49,959 bases of DNA, from positions 22,756-72,714 of the forward strand of contig NW_003314461.1 in the NCBI RefSeq assembly GCF_000143415.4, in the 5' to 3' direction. Source of the DNA: Selaginella moellendorffii. Taxonomy: Eukaryota > Plantae > Lycopodiophyta. The notes under the pieces are model-generated. The model ran no database searches, was not told where the DNA came from, and was given only the letters and a program-made list of their open reading frames with translations. Every line of letters begins with the position of its first letter. Position 1 is the first letter of the stretch. Shown piece after piece: positions 36,292-46,339 of this stretch. The position numbers and the translations under genes were made by a program.

Positions 36292-37816
36292 ATTATGGTT
36301 GGAATAAATCACTCTAATAAAGTGTTATGTTACTCTAATAAAATATTATGGTTGGATTTTGTTCCTAGCAATGAACTTACATCTCGTGAGCAGGCAGCCT
36401 TCCATACAAGGTAAGCTGTTCGTGTGAAAATAGCATCCCACTGTCTGAATTGGCCAAGTGGGCCCTCCTACTTAGAAGAAGATGTCCTCCTGCCTTACCT
36501 ACCACACTTTTTTTATTACTTTGCCACGCTTGCCCGTGCTGTTAAGTCCAGTCAACAGGCCTGGGCTCTCCTGTTGACGTTGAGAGTGAGACCTTATCTT
36601 TATGAGGTAAGGTAAAAATATCCATTGTCAAGCTAAATGTATAAATTGTTATTTGCATAGGGATTTTGGAAGTCCCACTTCCAAAACTACTATAAGTTAC
36701 TTTGCAACTTACTTTGAAATTTCAAAGTTGACAGTGTAGAAGTACATAACACTCATCGATGCCAATCAAAGGGGTGTATATAAGAAACAAAGGTACAATC
36801 ATGTTTGGGCTAATGCTTTTATGAATCATGCTAGTGCAAACTAAAGGATTATCAATTCCCACTGTGGTGTAAGATATTGTTTTAGTCAACACCAATTACA
36901 CCAGACTTTAGCTATATATAATCCAGCTAAACTTGACACATGATTAGAATTCACTATAAATATACTTAAATGACACATTTATGCATTGTGCCATATGGAT
37001 TATAAATTTAATTTTATATTCTATAAATTATGATCATGGGATGAGATTTGGATATACTATCAACTTTAAATAGGAATAAAATAGCCATTAAAGGCTTTTT
37101 CATTAAACAAACCTATATCCTAAACAATCACATTGGTGGAGATGAGAAGCATTTATATATGGTATTTGAGCAAATGGTATGAGTTTGATTTCCATTAATT
37201 AATTAGTGGCTATTTAAAAATATAATATACTCTTTAGTAAGGTATTTTTCACCCCTAAATTTGAAATTATACTTCTTGGGTATTTATGTGTATGTCCTTC
37301 CTTTATGAATGACTAATTCCTTAGCTAATCTGCATAATAGAAAGATTTGTAAATTCAATGTTGAAATGAAGGACTTTAACATTTCTAAAGAGGGGGTACA
37401 TCCTGTATGTTATCATGGGATGAAATTTAAATATATTATCATTGTAATAATTACCTCTTTCTAGAGTTGGCTTACAATTAATCTTGATATGCATTAAAAA
37501 AGTTTTACCATATTATAGAACAAAAATAATATAATGACAATTTATTTTATGATTTTAAACAAGTTTTTGGTTTGAGGCACCCTATTAATTAAAGAAGAGT
37601 AAAAGAATTTTTACATTTTACTTCACAATCTTTATTTTCTTCTTTTATTCTCTAGAAGACTCAATCAAAACATCCAAGTCACCCACCATATCCTTGGAAA
37701 TATTTCTTCTTGCTATACTCCTAATAAAACACAATAAGATTGCTTTATTTCACATTTGAGCAGATAGAATACTAATGGATTTTCAAAGTTTTGCTTAGAA
37801 GTACAATTCTCGTCAA

Positions 37817-38958
37817 TCAATTTTTAATTGCCTCAGTGATGGAGAAAGGATCTGCTTCAAAGAATCTCACGCTTCCGAATCCACATGATTCCAGCAAATT
37901 TTTCCATCCAGCTTTCGTTCTCTGGTACCGCTGGCTCCCCGACAAGAACATCATATCAAGCTGCAAGTGTAACTCCTTGCCTTCGTCCATGACCATGTCA
38001 CAAATGATGATTTTCCCATCTGATTCGAGGGCCGAGTGACAGTTCTTGACGATCTTTGCCGCATCAGCATCCGCAAACATGTGTAAGAAACTCTGCGCTC
38101 AAACACATCTGATGTAAGATAGAAAAGAAACTAATGCCCTCACTTTCAAGAAAATGCCATCCCCAGGTGGAACGAAGTCCATAGCATCTCCGGGAACGTT
38201 TTCCACACCTGATAGAGTTTTCAGCAAGATCCAAGAAGAACTACAGATCATTACAAACTCGTACCTGGATATGCTGGAGCATTTGCAATGACCCGAGGAA
38301 GATCGAAGTTCACAGCCTGGATGTGCGGGTAGAGCCGCACAATCTGAGCCAGAAACGAGCCCGTGTCACCCCCAACATCGACAAGCCTCTTGACGCTCTT
38401 GAAACCATCGTAGACTCGCGTAATAGTAGCAGAGGTTGCCGTGCTTATACTCAGCCTGAAGTCTTCGATAACTTTCCAAAACTCTGGATGCGCTGCCACA
38501 TAGTCCTGAGGTTCCATTCCATGAGCTTCCACAAAAGCATTGGAGTCGCCCGGCCGCTTGATGGCAGCATCTACATGTTGCCACGAACGCTGAGTGACTT
38601 CGGACGTGCAGAAGGAGAGAATGCCCCCCACGAAGACGTCACTGCTAGAGCCGTGGCTGACCAGCAGCCTGGACATGGGAGTGAGGCCATAGCGAGCTCC
38701 GTTGAGAGCGAGCACCTTCTTGAAGACGAGAAACCTGAGGAGTCGGAACAGCCTCTCGGCCTGGATGCTGTCTGCATCGTGCTTGATCCGTAGCTCCTGA
38801 ATGATCTCGTCCAGAGTGGCTCCTTGCTCCGACGAGAACTTGGACACGATGTTGAAGATGTCGAGCTTGACTGCGGCCTTGAGAGCGAAGGGCGCCGCAA
38901 ATCCCAGTGTGAGGCTCCAAAACTGGCTGTACGCTTCCATTTGCTCGCTCGTCGCCAT
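37817..38958 (-). CDS. COMT-like O-methyltransferase, copy 1 (3 exons: 38958-38265, 38208-38144, 38092-37817)
   Basis: Dimerisation domain LKAAVKLDIF...RLLRFL, then LVDVGGDTG, NFDLPRVI, VENVPGD, LHMF...KNCHSAL; GT-AG introns. Confidence 0.9.
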
Positions 38959-39527
38959 TGCGAATTGCTGCTTGGCTGCTCTGTTTGATGGAAGAACGAC
39001 CCCACCCTCGTTTCTTATCGGTGAAGTGTCGACATGATCTCTTCTTTTGAACAGGGCGAACTTGCCGCGGAGCTGCGGCCGCACCTTCCAAGAACCTCAA
39101 ACATTTGGAGAATAGTGGTCTCTTTGTTCACGAGATCTCAGCGTGAGGACCTCTCTCGAAACCATGAATCGAATTCTTACCATAGTTCCCTGCGACAATT
39201 TTCTCAGCAATCGTGGGGAAGCGGAAGGAAGAGATACCTGCCTAACGTAGCAGCTCCATCGAAATATCTCGAAAGCGGTACGACCACTCTCAATCGTGGC
39301 GGGAGGAAGAGATACCAGTTTTAATGTAGCCATTGAAATATCTTCCATAACGGCAGCGATCGAGTACTCTCAATCGCTAGAAATTTCACTTTCCTGTGCT
39401 GGAGGAGGCCAAAGACGAGATCCATCCTCTGATCAGCGCCCGGCGACAGGATCGCGTTGCCGCTCTCAAGAATGCGTTATAAACCCTAGGTTTGATAGTC
39501 ACTCTGTTTTTAGGGTTTATAGCAAAG

Positions 39528-40367
39528 ATGACTTTCATGGACAAGCTAATGCGCGCAGTGGCGGCACTCGAGTACAAGGCGCAGCACCGCGATGATCTCG
39601 ACTGGGAGGCCTTCAACAAGCGCCCAGAGCTTACACTCGGCACCAACTGGAGCATGGACAAATTTGACAGGTATTGCGAGCGCTACAAGCTCTTCTCCAA
39701 GTGTATCTTCCGCCACGGCCGGGTCATCGTGGTGGACGCTGGGTACACCAATCTGAGGTATGCCATAGTCATGTCACAGGTTAGCATTGCGCTCCAGCCG
39801 GCCGTTGGCATCCCCTGGCCATTCCAGCCCAAGGGATCCAACCGAGTGGTGAGATACTTGTCCCTGGGTGCCAGCCATCGATCTGTGATTCCAGGGCCGC
39901 CCCGGATCTTTGTGAGCGTCGGAGAGTACCAGACCTTGCCGGAGCTTCTCTCGTATGTGGACTCTTACATCCAGGAGCCAGGCTCAAAGCTCCAGTACCT
40001 CTTGGTGCTGAAGTTCTTCCCCGGGGCGGGCAACCGGATGGTGGCCGTGGTCTACGAGATCGTCGGCAGTGGTGGCGGCGAGGGTGGTGCCATGGTTACA
40101 AGTGCTAGCGCTGTGTCCTTTGGAGATGAGGCGCTGTTCCCGGAGACTCTGGCTTTCCTGGCGGAGCGGGAGATCCCAGTGACTGGTGTGGGACTCGGTG
40201 GAGAGAGGTGTGACAGAATTGGCATCCCGAGTTACCAGATTAAACTTGCCACTGCGAAAGTTCTTGAGGGAGGAGACCTTGAGCTTCCAGAGATCCGGGA
40301 CAAGGGAGACAACCTGATATTGGATCTCTACAGTATCCAGGCTGCATACGGATGCCGTTGTCTGTGA
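39528..40367 (+). CDS. Intronless Crinkler/Uma2-like PD-(D/E)xK restriction-endonuclease-fold protein, possibly catalytically degenerate
   Basis: PRIFVSVGEYQTLPEL...LQYLLVLKFFP...MVAVVY...SFG...VTGVG.GG..C...GIPSYQIKL...LILDLYSIQ resembles, from memory, fungal/oomycete CRN-type REase domains. First ATG at 39528. Confidence 0.6.
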   Translation: MTFMDKLMRAVAALEYKAQHRDDLDWEAFNKRPELTLGTNWSMDKFDRYCERYKLFSKCIFRHGRVIVVDAGYTNLRYAIVMSQVSIALQPAVGIPWPFQPKGSNRVVRYLSLGASHRSVIPGPPRIFVSVGEYQTLPELLSYVDSYIQEPGSKLQYLLVLKFFPGAGNRMVAVVYEIVGSGGGEGGAMVTSASAVSFGDEALFPETLAFLAEREIPVTGVGLGGERCDRIGIPSYQIKLATAKVLEGGDLELPEIRDKGDNLILDLYSIQAAYGCRCL

Positions 40368-41034
40368 AACTGGTTCTTCGTCTAGTTTTGGTTTGGCTTG
40401 CTAGCTTTCCTTGAAATGAAATTGAGAAAGGAATAGCAGGCCCGGCGCACGATAGCAGCATTGGGGTGAGCGCGTGAGTACACGCAACACACCATGTGAT
40501 CCGGGCCATTGCCCCAGAACTTCAGCGCGATCACAAATCGGCATGATGGCAACGCGAAATACTCCTCGCATCTGCAGAGAACAAGCGCGATCACAAATGG
40601 CACAACGGCAACACGAAATCCTCTGCACCTGCGGAAAACGCCCTGAAGCGACTAACTTGTGGCAACTTCCACAAAGCCAGATGGAGCATCAACAGTACCA
40701 TCCGGCTGCTGCATGCGGATCGTGACGTCGGGTTCCCTCCTCACGTTTGGTGCAAGATACGCGACGATCAAGAAGACACACTAGCTTCCATAGCCGGAGC
40801 GTGAAGGAAGCGAATCCCAATTACATTCTGCCATCTGTAAAGTACCGTAAAAGACCAGGTCAAGAAAGGTCAAAACTTCTTCCCGCCACGATCGCTAGAG
40901 CTTGGAGCTTAGGGCTAAGAGATTGTAGATTCGCTGCTGCTGCATTTTTTGTCCAACGCAGTAAGTAAAGATCTCTGTTAGAAATGGAGAAAGTGATCGG
41001 TACTTAGTTTCTTCGCCATTGCTGAGAGAACATC

Positions 41035-43640
41035 TGAGAATTCGATTCATGGTCTTCGCCTTTGAAGGATCAGTGATGTCACAATTCCGACTACGTTTCG
41101 AGGTTCTTGGAAGGTGCGCCACTTCATCACAACAGTTCTGGGGTCGTTCTTCCATCAAACAGAGCAAGCAAGGAGCGATTCGCAGTGGCGAGGAGCGAGC
41201 AAATGGAAGCGTACAGTCAGTTCTGGAGCCTCACACTGGGATTTGCAGCGCACAGTGAAGCTCGACATCGTCAACAGATATCCTGTCCAAGTTCTTCTCC
41301 GGAAGCCCAAGGTCTCCTCCCCCGAGAACTTTGGCAGTGGCAAGCTTAATCTGATAACTCGGGATGCCAATTCTGTCACAGCTCTCTCCACCAAGTCCCA
41401 CACCAGTCACTGGGATCTCCCGCTCCGCCAAGAAAGCCAGAGTCTCCGGGAACAGCACCTCCTCTCCAAAAGACACAGCGTTAGCACTCGTAGCCACGGC
41501 ACCACCATCACCGCCACCACCGCCGACGATCTCGTAGACCACGGCCACAGATGTATGAGCTCGGGACAAACGAGATAATGTCGGCTGCGAGATTGCCGAG
41601 AACGATATATAGATATCTACTCTTTGATTTAGACCAGACTACTACTTACTGCTCCGTTCTTCCCTGGATTCGATGTGGGAGCACCAATTTGATACGCAGA
41701 GGATCGTGGGCTTTAATGCTGGAGATCAGCCCTGCACAGCTCAAGGAATGCCACTGTATCAAGTACGTATTCCCGCAAATTGGATCTTTGGCAATCAACC
41801 TGTCCCTCCCCAAGCTCAAGCCGTGTATCACATCGACCTCTACCTTGTTCAACGCGCGTTTCACGAGCAAATAGGAAAGGCCGAGCCTTTCTTGTTTCGT
41901 GCTACTAGGGTTTAGGTAAGTTTTCTACCAAGAGCACGTTGAGGATTTCTACCAAGAACCAGCGCTCGGCCGGGTCACAAGGGATCCAACCGAGTGGTGA
42001 GATTGTCCCTGGGTGCCAGCCATCGATCAGTGTTTCCAGGGCCGCCCCGGATCTAACTCTTGTAACCAAAAGGCTTGAGAGTGCAGGTTGCGTGCTTCAC
42101 AGAAACATATTCCGTTAGAAAAGCTACCAAAACTAGACGACCTCATAGTGCGGGGTAAAACTTGAGGTACTCGAGCCCGGATCCTGAAAATACGGGCTTT
42201 GGAGAAGGTGCTCCGGAGCCTGATCTGCTACTGCGACTTGGGACTGGCACTGTCCTCGGCCACGAGAGGAACTTGTCCATCTTCCACGGAAGCCAATCTT
42301 GCTCTCCGTGGTACCTAGTCAGTCATAAGTAAATTACTGGTGTTGTAACTTTCGGAGCTGGAACAGCCTTGACGTGCCGGGACGTGTAGTCTCGCAAGAT
42401 CGATATCTCTTCGGTAGTGAACCTCGTGGCAAAATGGCAAAGTTAATCTCGGTGGCTCGCACTAATTGATTTAATTCCAGCATTGCACTGCGGAACACAA
42501 AAGGCAAAAGTAATCTTCTTTATCAACTGCAAAAGCTTACGCACGTTTCAATGTCAAGTTTTAGCTTCAGCCCTCGCATGTTCTCCAACAAGAAAACTTT
42601 AAAGTGGATGTGTCAACTCCTCATATCTGCAAACAGAGAACAGTGAAGAAGCAGCCACAACTTTAAACCAGACCTGCTCATCATTATCTCCATCATTTGC
42701 GCTGTTCCATCGCTAGGAAGAGGACTACCACTTGTTGGCTCAGGAAATGCCTTCAACATCCTGAAGAGACATGAGAACAGATAAAGAAAAACACAAATAG
42801 TGGAAAAAAGAACTTCAAGGAACCTGCTCAAAGATTCTGCAGTTAATCGAACGTCTCCTACTTCTGCTGACGCTTTCGAAATGTTTCGAAGAGGTCATCC
42901 CTGATAGACAAGAGCTGAAAACGTTAGTGTCTGATATTAATCACGAGCAAAATTTACCAGTTCCTCAACGTGCTCTTGGTAGAAATCTTTTATGGCCTCT
43001 GCACCTTGTCGGATCCAGTTCAAAGTCGTCACTACCAGCCAGCCGGGTATTCTTATTGGGCCTCTCATACAAAGGCAACTGCAGTCACTTAAGCTAGTCA
43101 GAAAGTACAAGTTCTTACATGCACTCTTTGATGTTGCTGAGATTTGCACGTAAGCACCAAACGACCCATCTCAATTTCTTCGTCCATCCAATCTCGTTTG
43201 GACATGATTTCTTTTGGTACTTAAGTGACATACAGGCGGGCCTTCACGTCGTAGTAAACATTCTATACACGAAAAACAAATTAAACCATGGATTGATTAG
43301 CACGACTCTACTTACAGGAGGTAAAGCGTAATTTCTTTGAGTTGCATCGTAGACACTTGTCGAAGCAGCCCTGATCAGAAATGCAGGAAACATGAAAAAG
43401 AACTTTTCTTGACAGAGTGCAATACCTGAGTCAGCAGTACTGCAAGCTGCTCCTGAATGATTCCAAGCATCGTTATGCTCTCGGTAATTCGACACGACGC
43501 ATCATACACCAGCTTTTGAGTCGCAGAGCTTTCGGAGATTAAGGCACGAATCATGCAGGCCAAGCCTTCCACAAAGGCGTGAGGACCTCTCTCCAGACCA
43601 TGAATCGAATTCTCATCATGTCAGCTCCCTGTGACAAAAT
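41035..43640. pseudogene. Mosaic of fragments of the neighbouring OMT, REase-like, beta-glucosidase and DGS1 genes
   Basis: Each piece matches another locus in this window (detailed in findings). Confidence 0.85.
42462..43640 (-). pseudogene. Internally deleted DGS1/NCA2 gene copy with introns
   Basis: Colinear with 48875-49959 with several deletions, and extends further 5' (RFMV..RGPHAFVEG). Confidence 0.85.
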
Positions 43641-44319
43641 TCCTATTGACCGCAGGAACATAAAGAAGAAAAACAAGGAGCAAACCTGAGATCGATGCTC
43701 ACGGAGGCCAGGAAGAAGGTAGCAGCACTCATTCTTCCTTCTCGCAAAGTCAATGCCGACTCAGCAGCGCCTCAGTCACGAAGCCCCAAACCCTAGGGTT
43801 TTAACGTCTCAAGATAGATGGAAGAGAGCTCCATGGCCGGAGATTGTAGATGCCAGACCCACGCGGATTGTGGCAATTTGGCAACGGCAAATTGCTTGGG
43901 GCTCTGCCGCATATTCTTGGAATCAAGAGCCATTTACATTCTTCGAGTGTTTTTGGAGAAGCCATCTACCAGGTAGAAATAGAAGCCTATCTCTCGACTG
44001 ATTTTACTTCCATCGCAAAATGCCGCTTTCTTACAATCAATTACATTACGACTATGTTTCGATTGTCGTCTCGCCATCTTAGCTCCGGCCAGCCTTGTTT
44101 TTGTATTCCATTCGCAACATAGAAAAGATTTTATCGCTAGAACATTAGATTTGGGTAAGCTTCCAGTTTTTGATATTAAGTTCCTATACACTTTGAGATC
44201 ATTGTTTCATTGACAACAATTATATGCTGTATTTGTTGAATATGTGCTCAATACTTCGACAATGTTATGAATGTGATTTTCAAAGTTTTAATTTCGAGTA
44301 CAAGGATAATACTCGTCAA

Positions 44320-45452
44320 TCAATGTTTAATTGCCTCAGTGATGGAGAAAGGATCTGCTTCAAAGAATCTCACGCTTCCGAATCCACATGATTCCAGCAA
44401 ATTTTTCCATCCAGCTTTCGTTCTCTGGTACCGCTGGCTCCCCGACAAGAACATCATATCAAGCTGCAAGTGTAACTCCTTGCCTTCGTCCATGACCATG
44501 TCACAAATGATGATTTTCCCATCTGATTCGAGGGCCGAGTGACAGTTCTTGACGATCTTTGCCGCATCAGCATCCGCAAACATGTGTAAGAAACTCTGCG
44601 CTCAAACACATCTGATGTAAGATAGAAAAGAAACTAATGCCCTCACTTTCAAGAAAATGCCATCCCCAGGTGGAACGAAGTCCATAGCGTCTCCGGGAAC
44701 GTTTTCCACGCCTGATAGAATTTTCAGCAAGATCCAAGAAGAACTACAGATCATTACAAACTCGTACCTGGATATGCTGGAGCATTTGAAATGACCCGAG
44801 GAAGATCGAAGTTCACAGCCTGGATATGCGGGTAGAGCCGCACAATCTGAGCCAGAAACGAGCCCGTGTCACCCCCAACGTCGACAAGCCTCTTGACGCT
44901 CTTGAAACCATCGTAGACTCGCGTAATAGTAGCAAACGTTGCCGTGCTTACACTCAGCCTGATAACTTTCCAAAACTCTGGATGCGCTGCCACATAGTCC
45001 TGAGGTTCCATTCCATGAGCTTCCACAAAAGCATTGGAGTCGCCCGGCCGCTTGATGGCAGCATCTACATGTTGCCACGAAAGCTGAGTGACTTCGGACG
45101 TGCAGAAGGAGAGAATGCCCCCCACGAAGACGTCACTGCTAGAGCCGTGGCTGACCAGCAGCCTGGACATGGGAGTGAGGCCATAGCGATCTCCGTTGAG
45201 AGCGAGCACCTTCTTGAAGACGAGAAACCTGAGGAGTCGGAACAGCCTCTCGGCCTGGATGCTATCTGCATCGTGCTTGATCCGTAGCTCCTGAATGATC
45301 TCGTCCAGAGTGGCTCCTTGCTCCGACGAGAACTTGGACACGATGTTGAAGATGTCGAGCTTGACTGCGGCCTTGAGAGCGAAGGGCGCTGCAAATCCCA
45401 GTGTGAGGCTCCAGAACTGACTATATGCTTCCATTTGCTCGCTCGTCGCCAT
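44320..45452 (-). CDS. COMT-like O-methyltransferase, copy 2 (3 exons)
   Basis: Near-identical to copy 1, with a 9-bp in-frame deletion (WKVIEDFRLS to WKVIRLS). Confidence 0.88.
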
Positions 45453-46029
45453 TGCGAATCGCTGCTTGGTTGCTCTGTCTGATGGAAGAACGACCCCACC
45501 CTCGTTTCTTATAGGTGATGCAGTGTCGACATGATCTCTTCTTTTGAAGAGCGGGAACTTGTCGCGGAGCTGCGGCCGCACCTTCCAAGAACCTCAAACA
45601 TTTGGAGAATAGTAGTCTCTTGGTTCACGAGATCTCAGCGTGACGACCTCTCTCGAAACCATGAATCGAATTCTTACCATAGTTCCCTGCGACAATTTTC
45701 TCAGCAATCGTGGGGAAGCGGAAGGAAGAGATACCTGCCTAACGTAGCAGCTCCATCGAAATATCTCGAAAGCGGTACGACCACTCTCAATCGTGGCGGG
45801 AGGAAGAGATACCAGTTTTAATGTAGCCATCGAAATATCTTCCATAACGGCACCGATCGAGTCTCTCAATCGCTAGAAATTTCACTTTCCTGTGCTGGAG
45901 GAGGCCAAAGACGACAGCAGATCCATCCTCTGATCAGCGCCCGGCATCTGGCCTGGATCGCGTTGCCGCTCTCAAGAATGCTAGGGTTGGTAGTCGGTTA
46001 CGAGTCTTTTGAATTACCAACTTGAACTC

Positions 46030-46208
46030 GCCACCGCAAAAGTTCTTGAGGGAGGAGACCTTGGGCTTCCAGAGATCCGGGACAAGGGAGACAACCTGAT
46101 ACTGGATCTCTACATTATCCAGGCTGCATATGGATGCCGTTGTCTGTGAAAGTGATTCTTCTTCTAGTTTTGGTTTCGCTTGCTAGCTTTCCTTGAAATG
46201 AAATTGAG
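46030..46208 (+). pseudogene. 3' remnant of a second REase-like gene copy
   Basis: Matches ~40245-40427; most of the ORF is deleted in the duplicated segment. Confidence 0.8.
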
Positions 46209-46339
46209 ATATCTAAATCAAAGAGTAGATATCTTGAATGTTTTCTTGAATGGATTTATATGACAATCTCGCAGCTGACATTATCTCGTTTGTTCCGAGC
46301 TCATACATCTGTAAAGAACGCGAGCGTACCTCGCAAGCA

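Larger units (their letters stand above)
37779..45980 (+). repeat. Recent direct segmental duplication: ~37779-39478 and ~44277-45980
   Basis: Near-identical sequence covering the OMT gene, its introns and its upstream region. Confidence 0.9.

Noticed and set aside
36400-37780. AT-rich stretch as a possible MITE or Helitron
   Set aside because: No terminal inverted repeats, TSD or terminal hairpin identified by eye
43753-44191. Short ORFs between the DGS1 pseudogene and OMT copy 2
   Set aside because: No recognisable motif or consistent exon chain
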